Shown piece after piece: positions 39,204 to 49,400 of a stretch of 64,000 nucleotides of DNA. The notes below the pieces were generated by a model. That model was not told the DNA's origin and did no database searches. It worked only from the letters and a program-made list of their open reading frames with translations. Source of the DNA: Myxococcota bacterium (GTDB taxonomy: Bacteria; Myxococcota_A; UBA796; UBA2385). The stretch covers positions 128,001 through 192,000 of the forward strand of contig JBIJDH010000005.1 in the NCBI GenBank assembly GCA_044344255.1. Reading direction: 5' to 3'. Numbering within the stretch: the first letter of the stretch is position 1; each line of letters begins with the position of its first letter. The position numbers and the translations under genes are program-made.

Positions 39204-39827
39204 GTGAGCCGCCCCTCTCCCCTTGGTCACTCCCCGATCCGGCTCTCCCAGCGCCCCGAGGTCTGGATGGTGGATGGGTTCATCGACCCCGGCACCGCCG
39301 CCGCCCTCTCCGCCCTGGGGAGGGACACCGAGCGTGCGCGGCTCGCGGAGAGTGAGCCCACGATCAACGAGACGGGCTTCTGCCTCGAGGTGCCGATCGA
39401 GGGGGCGCCCCTCCTCGAGACGCTCCGGGAGCGGATCGAGGGCCTCTTCGAGGTGCAGAGCGACGTCTACGACTGTATTCGGTATCGAAATTATCGACCG
39501 GGTGAGGGGCACCCCGCCCACCTCGACTGCTACGAGATCGAGGGGCGGGAGCTGATCGCCACGGCCCTCCTGTCCCTGCGGGACACGCCGGCCGGGGGAG
39601 AGACGGAGTTCACCGAGGTGGGCCTCGCTGTCCCTCCTCGCCTCGGTCGCCTGCTCTGCTGGTACAATCACAGCCCGGACGGCGCGCGGGACCCTCTCTC
39701 TCGCCACGGCGGCCTGCCGGTCATCGAGGGAGAGAAGGAGGTGCTCCTGTACTTCATCTACAAGCAGAAGGAGTACGCCGCCCACCGTCCCTTCGCTGCG
39801 GGCGAGACCGAGGTGGCGGGTGGATGA
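39204..39827 (+). CDS. 2OG-Fe(II) oxygenase, prolyl-4-hydroxylase-like
   Basis: Y.PGE..PAHLD (HxD), ATALLSL, GGETEF, RHGGLPVIEGEK (distal His and 2OG-binding Lys). GGAG precedes GTG 39204; alternative start TTG 39123. Confidence 0.85.
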   Translation: MSRPSPLGHSPIRLSQRPEVWMVDGFIDPGTAAALSALGRDTERARLAESEPTINETGFCLEVPIEGAPLLETLRERIEGLFEVQSDVYDCIRYRNYRPGEGHPAHLDCYEIEGRELIATALLSLRDTPAGGETEFTEVGLAVPPRLGRLLCWYNHSPDGARDPLSRHGGLPVIEGEKEVLLYFIYKQKEYAAHRPFAAGETEVAGG

Positions 39828-40803
39828 GACGATCCTCGTCCTCACGGCCTCGACCCTGGCCGACGCCGGGGTCGAGCGGGTCTGTGAGGCCCTGCGCTCC
39901 ACCGGGCGCCGCGTCATCGAGGTCGACTCCGCGCGCTTCCCGCTCGACACCCAGCTCTCTGTCGACCTCGATCGCGCCACCCTCCACGACGGTGAGACCG
40001 TGGAGCTCGACCACGTGAGCGCGGTCTGGCACCGGCACACCGACGTCGCGGGCGCCCTCGGGGACGCCCTTGACCCCACCTGGCGCGACGCCGTCGTCCG
40101 GCAGTCCGAGCTCGCCCTCGCCGTGCTGGCGGCCGACCTCCCTTGCCTGCACGTCGATCACCCCGACCGCACCGAGGCCGTGCCCGGCTCACCGGGCATC
40201 CTCCGCCTCGGCCGCGCGGCTGGCCTCGATGTGCCTCGCACGTTGGTCTCGAACCACCCGGGTCGGGTCCGGGACTTCGTGCGCGGCTGCGAAGGCGGCG
40301 CGGTGCGGAAGCTCCTGCACAGCTCCTCGGTCATCATCCACACCGAGGCGGGCGACGTCCGGGGCAGCACCGAGGCGGTCTCCCCCGACGATCTGGTCGA
40401 TGACAGATCCATCGCCGCCTGCCCGATGGTGTGGCAGGAGCGGGTCCCGAAGCTGCGCGAGCTGCGGGTGACCGCGGTGGGGCGCCGCCTCTTCGTCGCC
40501 TCGATCGACCCCCGCGCCTCGGTCCAGGGCGCGGTGGACTGGCGCCAGGACCCTGCGCTCGTGCGGGCCTTCGAGGTCGACACGCTCCCCCCAGCGGTGG
40601 AGGCCGCCGTCCACCGGCTGCTCGACCGCCTCCGCCTGAACTTCGCCACCCTCGACATCATCCGCACGCCCGAGGGGCGCCATGTGCTGCTGGAGGTGAA
40701 CACGCTCTCCTTCTTCGCCTTCGTCGAGGACGCGACCGGCCTGCCCATCTCCGCCGAGCTGGCGCGCCTGCTGGCCGGAGAGGTGCCCTCGCGGGCGCCC
40801 TGA
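39820..40803 (+). CDS. MvdC/MvdD-like ATP-grasp peptide ligase (graspetide synthetase family), divergent
   Basis: ILVLT, D.ARFP, VSAVW.R, GL.VP.TLVSN.P, CPM.WQE.VPK..ELRVT.VG, VDWR, LEVN, GLPIS; overlaps the oxygenase stop. Confidence 0.85.
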   Translation: MDETILVLTASTLADAGVERVCEALRSTGRRVIEVDSARFPLDTQLSVDLDRATLHDGETVELDHVSAVWHRHTDVAGALGDALDPTWRDAVVRQSELALAVLAADLPCLHVDHPDRTEAVPGSPGILRLGRAAGLDVPRTLVSNHPGRVRDFVRGCEGGAVRKLLHSSSVIIHTEAGDVRGSTEAVSPDDLVDDRSIAACPMVWQERVPKLRELRVTAVGRRLFVASIDPRASVQGAVDWRQDPALVRAFEVDTLPPAVEAAVHRLLDRLRLNFATLDIIRTPEGRHVLLEVNTLSFFAFVEDATGLPISAELARLLAGEVPSRAP

Positions 40804-40861
40804 CTGGGGCCGCGCGGCGGCGCCGGTGGCCGGGGGCTGGGACCGCGAATAGTCCTTCTGC

Positions 40862-41278
40862 ATGACCCGATTGCGGCAGCCTGCCCCCGACTTCGCCTCC
40901 GCAGCGCTTCGGCACCTTCGTGACGCCGATGTCCTGGTGACGACCTCGCCGGTTCAAAGCCTACACCTCGCGGGGTTCGGCCCGGAGTGCGCTCGAAAGG
41001 CGGCTCTGACGAGGGGTTGGGCGACTCGGGCGCTCGGTCACGACGCGGCCCAACCCGAGCTTGTCGCCTGGGCGCTCGATCTGGACGGGGTCGCCGCTCG
41101 AACTGTGGGCACCCCTGCACCCGACCTCGGCTGGCGGCCGGACTGCCGCTATTGGGCCTCCGGCGCTCGAACCGGCGCCGAGGCGCGTGCGATGGTGGAC
41201 CGGTGCGCCGCGGACGCTATGCCCATCCTCGTCCGCCTCTGGGCCCAAGGGCGGTGGGCGGGAGATAACGAGTCATGA
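40862..41278 (+). CDS. Small HEPN-like protein
   Basis: A..RHL.DA..L, HLAGFGPECARKA (compare HEPN YLAGYAVECALKA), GHD, W....RY. Confidence 0.6.
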   Translation: MTRLRQPAPDFASAALRHLRDADVLVTTSPVQSLHLAGFGPECARKAALTRGWATRALGHDAAQPELVAWALDLDGVAARTVGTPAPDLGWRPDCRYWASGARTGAEARAMVDRCAADAMPILVRLWAQGRWAGDNES

Positions 41279-42591
41279 CGCTTGATTATCAAGATGTCGT
41301 GCCGGAGGTGCTGCGCGTCTTCGTGGAAAGTCGGGCCTGGGGGGCGGGGGTTCGAGCCCTCATCGTGCGCACCCTGCACGGAGCGGTCCGGCTTGTGCTT
41401 GACGCTGACCATACACAGCCCGAGCACATCAGCGAGCTTGAACAGTCCCTGGTGACAGCGCTCGGACCGTGGTTTCGGGGCCCCGTGATCGCGCCGAACA
41501 TCGTCCCGGAGGGCCTGCGACGGATCGCTCGCGAGCTTTGGAGAGGAGCCGAGGAAACCGCTCGACAAAAGCCGGATTGGGCGGATCGCTGGCCGACCGG
41601 CTGGCCTGCGGAGGTCCCTGGCGCCCTCCCTGGTTCGCCGGCCATCGCGCTGGGCGGGCGAGTGGAGGCCCGTCAGGAGGCCCTGGGCAAGGAGCCCTGG
41701 GTGGCCCCGGAGCTCGGGCATGCGCCCTGGCCGATGGCGCCCCGGACCCCGCGCATCACGGCCTTTCACGGGTTCAAGGGTGGTGCAGGCCGCACCACCG
41801 CCCTGGGGATGCTGGCGTGGCTTGTGGCCGCGCGACGCGAGCGGGTTGTGTGTGTCGATCTCGACCTGGAGGCACCGGGGCTGTCCTATTTTCTCCCGGG
41901 AGATCAGCCGGTCCAGCGGGGCGTTATTGACTTTCTGCTCTCCCACGCGGCAACTGGGCAGGGGGGGGCACTTCCTGTGCAGGCGGTGCAGATTCTTGGT
42001 CAAGAGCTCCACGTCGTGGCGGCTGGAGTGGTAGACGACCTGTATGTAGAGAAGCTCAGTCGCCTGGATACGCTCCACGGCGACACCAGCCGGAGTCCTG
42101 TCCATCTCGCCCTGAATGAGCTCTTGGAGCGCATCAAAAGGGACATCAAGCCGCAGCACATCTTCCTCGATTGCCGAGCCGGTTTGCATGACTTGGCCGG
42201 CCTCGCGCTGAACGATCTGGCTCACGTCAACGTGTTTGTGGGTCGTGGTGGGGTTCAGGAGATGGGCGGCCTCTACGCCTTGTTGCGTCGACATACGAGT
42301 CGCAGGGCGTCGGACGATCAGCTCCTCTTATTCCTGCGTACCTTTCATCCGCTTCCAATCGAGCCGGACCGCCTCGACCGGCAGCGGCAGGCGCTCTTTG
42401 AGCTTTGCACAGAAGTGATCAAGCCCTATCTCCCGCAATATTCGGACCAGGGAGCGGCGCACGATCCTGCTCCCCTGGGCTACCACGACGAGGTCACTCG
42501 AGCGGACCACTTGGGGAAGATCCCGATGCTGGCCATTCAGCACCCTCTCGTGGTAGAGGCCCTGGCCCGGCTGGAGGCGCTTTGGACATGA
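41275..42591 (+). CDS. ParA/MinD-like ATPase with variant KGGxGR Walker A and an N-terminal extension
   Basis: AFHGFKGGAGRTT, VDLDLEAPGL, IFLDCRAGL; ATGA overlap. Confidence 0.85.
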   Translation: MTLDYQDVVPEVLRVFVESRAWGAGVRALIVRTLHGAVRLVLDADHTQPEHISELEQSLVTALGPWFRGPVIAPNIVPEGLRRIARELWRGAEETARQKPDWADRWPTGWPAEVPGALPGSPAIALGGRVEARQEALGKEPWVAPELGHAPWPMAPRTPRITAFHGFKGGAGRTTALGMLAWLVAARRERVVCVDLDLEAPGLSYFLPGDQPVQRGVIDFLLSHAATGQGGALPVQAVQILGQELHVVAAGVVDDLYVEKLSRLDTLHGDTSRSPVHLALNELLERIKRDIKPQHIFLDCRAGLHDLAGLALNDLAHVNVFVGRGGVQEMGGLYALLRRHTSRRASDDQLLLFLRTFHPLPIEPDRLDRQRQALFELCTEVIKPYLPQYSDQGAAHDPAPLGYHDEVTRADHLGKIPMLAIQHPLVVEALARLEALWT

Positions 42592-44195
42592 ACACGGACC
42601 TGAGTTCGGTCGAGCGACGGAGACTCCAGGGCCTGTTGGTGGATGCGCTCGCGCCAGAACATCCACAGGTCCCGGATTCGAGCATTATCGCGTCTTTCCT
42701 CCCCCTCCGTGTACACGAGACTATGTTGAATGGGCGGCGCTTCCTTGTGGAGGGTGAGCGGGGTGCTGGTAAGACGGCGCTCTTTCGCTTCATGCGAGCC
42801 TTGACACCGACCGTGTTGCCGATTGTCTTCCCGCAGGCGCCGCCGGGGCTCCGCTGGGTGACCGGCTTCGAAGACTCCAGGGCCTTTCCCAACCCGCAGG
42901 CGCTCTACGATTGGGCTGAGCGCGCTTCACCGCAGGTGATGGAGCGCGCCTGGTTCGCGCTCTTGGTGGAGACGCTGGCTCGGCACCTGCCCGACACGCC
43001 GCTCCCACCGTCAGTCGCCGACGCGCTGCGGCCGTTGAAGGAAAATCCCTCCGACGTGGCGAGGTGGGTGCTCTCGTTCGAGCCGGTGGCCGGCCTATCG
43101 ATGGCGTGGATGGACACCCTCGAGGTTTACCTCGGAGCGAGCAGCTCGACGATCATCATCGCGTATGATGATCTTGACATGATCTCGCGGGCCGCGGACC
43201 TTCGCACCGCGGGTCGGCTGTGTGGAGCGCTCACCGGGACCTGGATCACGCTGTCTCGGCGGCTCCAACGGGTACAGGCCCGGATCTTCATTCGGCCCGA
43301 TCTGGCCGATCTCACCCGCTCTGCCGCGACAGACGCGAGCAAGTTGCGGGACAGCTCAGTCACCCTCCGTTGGTCAGGGGAAGACGTGTTCCGTGCCCTG
43401 CTCCGGCGGGTGGGGAGCCAGAAGGCCCTGCGGGACTGGCTCCGAAAGGCCCCCGCGGCGGTGGATTTCAGCCGTCGCCCGACGCTGGGATGGATGCCCC
43501 CGAGCGTCCTCCCATCGGTACCCACACAGCTTTCCCTCGGTTTTGCAGCGTCGCCGGAGGGCTTGTCCGAGAGCAGCCAGCGGGCTTTTGCCGAGCGCCT
43601 CCTTGGCGCCACCATGGGGAGCGGCTCCAATAAGGGCTACACCCACACCTGGATCCTGAATCACTCCGCCGATGCGCGGGGCACCGCGCTTCCGCGCGTC
43701 ACCTTCAACCTGATTCGAAAGGCGGCTGAGCTTGCGATGGTCAGGGGTGAGGGGATCCACGGCCTTCACTTGATCGGTACCGCGCAGCTGGAGGGGGCGC
43801 AAGCGGAGGCGGGGAGACAGCGCCTTGATGAGCTGAAGGAGTTCCACCCGGTCGTTCGGCGGCTCGAAGCCCTTCGGGGCGAGTCGCTCCCGAAGCCGTT
43901 TGGAGAGGCGGCCGCTCTCCTCGGCCGTCATCCTGTGGAGGAGGATGCGCTCGGTACGGACGGGGAGGCCGTGATCCGGGCCCTGATGGGGATCGGTGTC
44001 CTGGTACGTCGGCCACCGTCCCGGCGCCGCCCCGGCTCCGTGCCGTCGAGTGACCCCGCCTCGGAGGAACAGCGGATCGATCTCCCCGACCTCTTTCGGA
44101 AGGCCCTCGACTGTGGGCGGAAGGGCGGGCCCTTGCAGCTCTCTCGACCGGAGTCGACGCACGGGGGGCGCGACCGAGGGCCCGGCGCCGGATAA
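42588..44195 (+). CDS. P-loop ATPase (Sll1717-like / STAND-like)
   Basis: LVEGERGAGKT, IIIAYDDLD, IFIRPDL, LRWS.EDVFRALLRR, D.....PR; ATGA overlap. Confidence 0.8.
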   Translation: MNTDLSSVERRRLQGLLVDALAPEHPQVPDSSIIASFLPLRVHETMLNGRRFLVEGERGAGKTALFRFMRALTPTVLPIVFPQAPPGLRWVTGFEDSRAFPNPQALYDWAERASPQVMERAWFALLVETLARHLPDTPLPPSVADALRPLKENPSDVARWVLSFEPVAGLSMAWMDTLEVYLGASSSTIIIAYDDLDMISRAADLRTAGRLCGALTGTWITLSRRLQRVQARIFIRPDLADLTRSAATDASKLRDSSVTLRWSGEDVFRALLRRVGSQKALRDWLRKAPAAVDFSRRPTLGWMPPSVLPSVPTQLSLGFAASPEGLSESSQRAFAERLLGATMGSGSNKGYTHTWILNHSADARGTALPRVTFNLIRKAAELAMVRGEGIHGLHLIGTAQLEGAQAEAGRQRLDELKEFHPVVRRLEALRGESLPKPFGEAAALLGRHPVEEDALGTDGEAVIRALMGIGVLVRRPPSRRRPGSVPSSDPASEEQRIDLPDLFRKALDCGRKGGPLQLSRPESTHGGRDRGPGAG

Positions 44196-44216
44196 CGAGA
44201 CCGTCGGAGGTCGCCC

Positions 44217-46394
44217 TTGCCCCACACGACCCTGCTCCTGTCCCTCCTCCTCGCCTGTGGGTCGGGCAAGGTCGGCCGAGATGAGGCCGACGGGGCCGAC
44301 GGCGCGGATGGCGCCGACGGTGCCGACGGTGCCGACGGGGCCGTGGGAGACAGCGGCCTCAGCGGAGACAGCGGCTCGGCGGATGGCTGTCCGACCCTCA
44401 CCCTCGCCGTCGCGCCCCGGCCGGCTCAGCTCGAGGGCGTGATGGCGGAGTGGGCGGTCGAGGCCGACGCTGTCGACGGCGAGCGCATCACGGTCGAGGT
44501 GGCGGCCGACTCCGCTGGCGACGGGGTGTCTGTCGCGGGCACCCTCGCGGCCACGGTCGAGGCCGGAGTGGCCACATTCTCTGAGGTGGAGCTGGTCGGG
44601 ACCGGTGAGGTCACCCTCCACCTGCGCGCGGCGGACTGTGAGCCCGGGCTCGCGGTGGGGCCGCTCGTGGTGGGCTCCTCGATGCGCTTCGAGCCGGTCT
44701 ACCTGCCCGGCGGGCGGGTGGGCTCCGGGTACTTCGAGCTTCGAGGCTGGGACGCGGTCGAGGCCGGCGCCCTGCCGCCGGGCCTCGACTGGGCCGCCGG
44801 CGCGCTCAGCGGCCTCCCAGAGGCCACGGGGGCCTATTCATTCGAGGCGGCGGCCTCGGAGGGGAGCGCGGTTATTCGGTACGGGGTCCAGCTCCCGGTC
44901 TTCCCGAGCGACGACGCCCTGTCCTCCGCCCCGGCCGACCTGTCCCTGCCCGGCCCCTACGACGCGGACAGCGTGGAGCTGAGCATCCCGAGCGTCTCGA
45001 CCAGCCGCGGCACGCTCTCGGGGGTCGCGGTTCGCGTCGCCTATCCCACAGACCCCGACGGGGCGATGGCGGAGGGCCCCTTCCCGCTCATCGTCTTTCA
45101 CCACGCCGCCCACAGCCCGTCGCAGATCTACGATGATTATACGGAGCTGCACGGCCACTGGGCGACCCACGGCTACGTGGTGGCGAGCGTCGATGGGAGC
45201 GCGCTCGTGTCCTCCTCCCAGAGCTGGGACAACCTGAGCGACATGAGCGCGGTCCAGCTCGCGGGGCGGGAGCTGTTGCTCGCCGAGAGCGCCGACGAGA
45301 CGACCGCCTTCGCCGGGCGGATCGATCCCGACCGGGTCTTTGTGGCCGGTCACTCCCGCGGGGGTGGCGCCAGCCTGATCTCGCTCTGGCGAGAGCCCGC
45401 GCTGGCCGGGGCCCTCTGCTTCGCCCAGGTGAGCCCGCTGCAGACGCCCGATCCCGACTGGGGAGACCCCGAGGAGAACGGCGACCGGCCCTTCCCGGAG
45501 CGCCCCCTCCTGTTCCTCGCCGCCGGGGACGACCTGGACGAGCCCTGGCCCCTCCCGCACTCGGCCTATGACCAGAACAGCGGCCCCACCGTATTTGTCG
45601 TCGAGCATGGCACCAACCACGAGTGGGCCTATGATGAGGGCACCCCCGGCTGGACCACGAGTGACTCCGACATCTCCTGGGGTGAGCGACACGCCCTCGA
45701 TCAAGCCTGGTCTACCGCCTTCCTCGAGCGCTTCGCGCGGGGCGATCTCGATTACGAGGCCTCCCTCTTCGGCGCCCCGGCCCTGAGCTCGACCCTGAGT
45801 GACCGCGGGGTGAGCACGAGCGGCCGTCGTTACCTCGACAGTGAGCTGCTCGTCGATGACTTCAGCGGGGAGACTGGAGAGGACCTCCTCGGCGGTGTCG
45901 TGGAGGGCGGCGGCCTCGACACGAACGAGAACGCGCCACCCTATACAGACGGGCTCGTCGCCGCCGGCCGGGGGAGCACGCAGGTCGAGCGGATCGCCGA
46001 TTGGACCCCCGCCCGTCGCCTCGGCTGGGGGGAGGAGGAGGCGAGCCTGCGCTTCAGCCTGTCCCCGGAAGGGGGGGGCATCGACCTCCGGGAGCAGCGT
46101 GCGCTGCACCTCCGCCTGTCGGCACCCTGCGCGCCGCCTCCCGGGGACTGTGAGGAGGTAGAGCCGTCCTTGTCGGTCACCCTCATCGACGCCGACGGCG
46201 CCGAGCTCTCCGTAGAGGCGGAAGAGGGGATGGGCGCGCTGGGCGTCGTCGGTCGGCACTGGGGGCAGGTCGTCCTCCCCCTCGACAGCTTCCTGCCGGT
46301 TGACCTCTCGCGGGTGGTGGCGATCGAGCTCCGCTTCGCGGCGGCCGCCCCTCCGAATGACGAGCTGTGGGTGGACGACCCCCGCCTCGAATGA
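44217..46394 (+). CDS. Lipoprotein alpha/beta hydrolase (chlorophyllase/PAF-AH-like) with GAD repeats and Ig-like domains
   Basis: LLAC lipobox; (GAD)n; PFPLIVFHH, ATHGYVVAS, GHSRGG nucleophile elbow. Confidence 0.8.
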   Translation: MPHTTLLLSLLLACGSGKVGRDEADGADGADGADGADGADGAVGDSGLSGDSGSADGCPTLTLAVAPRPAQLEGVMAEWAVEADAVDGERITVEVAADSAGDGVSVAGTLAATVEAGVATFSEVELVGTGEVTLHLRAADCEPGLAVGPLVVGSSMRFEPVYLPGGRVGSGYFELRGWDAVEAGALPPGLDWAAGALSGLPEATGAYSFEAAASEGSAVIRYGVQLPVFPSDDALSSAPADLSLPGPYDADSVELSIPSVSTSRGTLSGVAVRVAYPTDPDGAMAEGPFPLIVFHHAAHSPSQIYDDYTELHGHWATHGYVVASVDGSALVSSSQSWDNLSDMSAVQLAGRELLLAESADETTAFAGRIDPDRVFVAGHSRGGGASLISLWREPALAGALCFAQVSPLQTPDPDWGDPEENGDRPFPERPLLFLAAGDDLDEPWPLPHSAYDQNSGPTVFVVEHGTNHEWAYDEGTPGWTTSDSDISWGERHALDQAWSTAFLERFARGDLDYEASLFGAPALSSTLSDRGVSTSGRRYLDSELLVDDFSGETGEDLLGGVVEGGGLDTNENAPPYTDGLVAAGRGSTQVERIADWTPARRLGWGEEEASLRFSLSPEGGGIDLREQRALHLRLSAPCAPPPGDCEEVEPSLSVTLIDADGAELSVEAEEGMGALGVVGRHWGQVVLPLDSFLPVDLSRVVAIELRFAAAAPPNDELWVDDPRLE

Positions 46395-46402
46395 GCGGTT
46401 GC

Positions 46403-49400
46403 CTATCGGTGGGGGTTGGCGCCCGTCCAGCCCGGAACCAGGACACGCGACAGGCGGAGCGGGTCTATCACCCCCTCCCGCGCCATCCAGGCCCGGCCCA
46501 CGGGGTTCGGCTGACCGAGGTGGTCGAGGGTGATCCGCGCGGCGGCGGCGTGTAAGGCCATGTCGGCCTCATCGAAGGCGCGCACCGCGCTGTCGAGCAG
46601 GCGGAGGCCCTCGTCGGCTCGGCCAGACAGGAAGGAGAGGGCGCCCTGGATGGAGAGCGAGAGGTTGGGGCCCCAGGGGAGATCTTCCGCGGCGAGGCCG
46701 CGGGCGTCACGCTGGATCGCCTTCCGGAGCGTCTCTGCCTCCGTCCCCCGGACGGTACCGGCGTCGAGGCGGGTCAGCGCGACGCGGGCTCGGAGGTGGG
46801 TGGCCTCGATGCGCACCATCTGCAATCGCAGCATCTGGGCGTTCTTCATGCGCGGCCAGGCCTGGCTCAAGCGGTCCCAGGCGGCCTCTGGCTGTCCGAG
46901 GTAGAGGTCGAGGTGCACGCGGGCGATGAGGTGCATGTAATGCTGCGTGTGGAAGCCCGACTCGCCGCTCCACAGGCTGATGGCGTCGTCGGCCTGGCGG
47001 CGGGCCTGTCCGGGCTGGTCGAGCGCCAGCCAGGCGAGGTTGGGGAGGCCCGTGGACAGAGAGGCCGCGCCGAGCATGTTCCCGCGCTCGCGTGCCTCTT
47101 CGAGCAGGGCCGGGAGCCGCTGCCGCATGTGGCTGAGCTCCCCCAGATAGGCGGTGGACCACATGCCGAAGATGTGGGCGTTGGTGAGCTCCCAGGTCAT
47201 CCCGGGGCGGTGGGCGCGGAGCAGCGCCTCGGCCGCCGCGGCGCTGTCGCGGGCCTCTCGGAAGCGTGCGGAGAAGAAGGTGCTGGCGCTCGTGCAGATG
47301 AGGGTGATCGCTGCTTCGGCGGGATCGGCCGTGGCCGCGGTGATGCGGCGGGCGGCCTCGAGCGCCTCGGCGGCGCGGCGGCGGTTGGGGGCGCCTCCCT
47401 CGCTCGAGATGAAGGCGGCCTCTGTCCCGAGGGCGCGGGCGACCCGCGTGGGCTCGCCGCAGTCCAGGGCGAGCTGAGTGTATCGGCACTGGAAGACCGC
47501 CGAGCGGACAGAGTCCACCCAGCAGAGGCCGACCGCGGTGGCCCAGCAGGCGTCCACCCGCTGGAGGGTGGCGGGCTCGAGGTCCTCCGCCCGCCGCTCG
47601 CGGTAGCCGAGCCCGCGGAAGCGCAGCCGCAGCCGTTGGAGCACGAGGGCGGCCAGGGCGGCGGTGGGATTTCCGGGGAGGGAGAGATCCATCCCCTGGA
47701 GCACGCTCTCGAGGGTGCGCAGGCCCTCCTCGAGGTGCCCGCTCCGGAGCCAGTGTTCGGCCGCCTGTCGCTGGAGCTCGGCCCGGCGCGGATCATTCGG
47801 GGCCTGTCGGGAGAGGTCTCTGGCGGCCTCTGAGAAGGCGACGGCGGCCTCTCCGCCGAGCCCAGAGGCGGCCAAGGCCTCTGCCCTGCGACGGAGGAAG
47901 TGCCAGCGGGCAGCCCCCTCCGGCAGCAAGCGGAGCACGAGCTGGAACTGCTCGGCGGCGAGGTGGAAGGCGAAGGTCGACATCGCCTGCTCCGCTGCGA
48001 CCTCGGCCTGGGCCTGGGCCAGCTCGGTCTGTCCGCTCTCGAGGTAGTGACCGATCAGGTGGCGCGGATCGGCGCCCTCCAGGGTGACGAGGGAGCGGGC
48101 GAGCTCGGCGTGGAGGGCCTGGAGCGCCGGCGTGTCGAGGCTGGCGAGCACAGCCTCGCGGACCGCGTTCTGGAAGAGGTCGAGGCGGGCCTGGCCGCCC
48201 GAGATGACCCGCCGGAGCAGGTGCGCGGAGAAGAGCTGGGCGGTGACACGGGGGGCCTGGTCGCCCACCCGGGCGGCGGCGGTCGCGGCGGCGGCGTCGA
48301 GCGGGCGGCCCGCGACCACCACCACCTCGAGCAGGCGTCGGGCGGGGGCGGGCAGCGCGGCGACTCGGGCCCGAAGCAGGTCTTGGAGGGAGGGCGGCGG
48401 CCCGCCGGCGCGGGCCCGGAACGAGCGGGTGAGCTCGGCGGTGAGCAGCGGCGAGCCAGCGCCCTCGGCGACGAGGGTGGAGATGGGCACGGGCGCCTCT
48501 CCCTCGTCGGAGAGCAGGCGGTCGACCAGCACGCGGGCCTCGTCGTTGGAGAGCCGGCCGAGCTCGATTCGAACCTGGGGCGCCTCGGGCATCCCGGGGG
48601 CGTCGGGCTGGAGGGCGCCGATGAGCGCGCCCTCGGCCCGGTCTTCGGTCCGGTACGAGAGGACGATGAGGACCGGCGGCGCGTCCGGCGGGCGGATCAG
48701 CTCGCGGAGGGCGAAGGCGCTGTCGAGGTCGCCCCACTGGAGGTCGTCGATCCAGAGCACGATCGGGCGGTCGCGGCCGAGGGCGCCGAGGAGCTCGCGG
48801 AGGGCCTGGAAGGCGCGGCGCCGCTGCTCTGTGGGCCCGCCGTGCCGGTGTTCGTCGCTGTGCCAGGGGATGTCGGGGACGCCGGTGAGCACGGGGAAGA
48901 GGCGGACCAGCCCCGGGGCGGAGGGCGGCACCGTGCGCGTGCGCAACAGGGGCGACATCTGGAGGAGGTGGCGGCTGATCCCGTCGATGAGCGCGTCGAG
49001 GGCCTGGAAGGGGACGTGCTCGGCGGGGTGGCAGCGGCTCGTGAAGGAGAAGGCCGTGCCGGCCTGCCGCAGCTCGTCGAGGAAGTGCTCCACCAGGGCA
49101 GACTTGCCCATGCCCGCGGCGCCGCTGAGCTGCACGAGCCCTGCGCCGTCACGACGGACGGCGCCGAAGGCCTCGTGGAGGCGGGCGAGGGGCTCGGCTC
49201 GTCCGACAAAGATGGGCTCGCCGAAGGTGGGGGCGGCGGCGAGGTCGGGGCTGCGGGAGACCCCGAGGGCGGCGCGGATGCCGATGGCGTCCGGACGGCG
49301 GCTGGGATCGGGGTCGAGGAGGGCCCACACGAGCTGCTCGAGCTCCGGGGGGACCTCCGGGGCGACCTGTCGGAGGGGGACGAGGTCGCGGGCGTCCTTC

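Noticed and set aside
22391..39827. Functional VHL / prolyl-hydroxylase (HIF-like) pair
   Set aside because: The genes are about 16 kb apart, in different operons and predicted compartments; the oxygenase is coupled to the ATP-grasp gene.
41275..42591. Plasmid or chromosome partition ParA
   Set aside because: No parB/parS, a variant Walker A, an extra domain, and coupling to unrelated genes.
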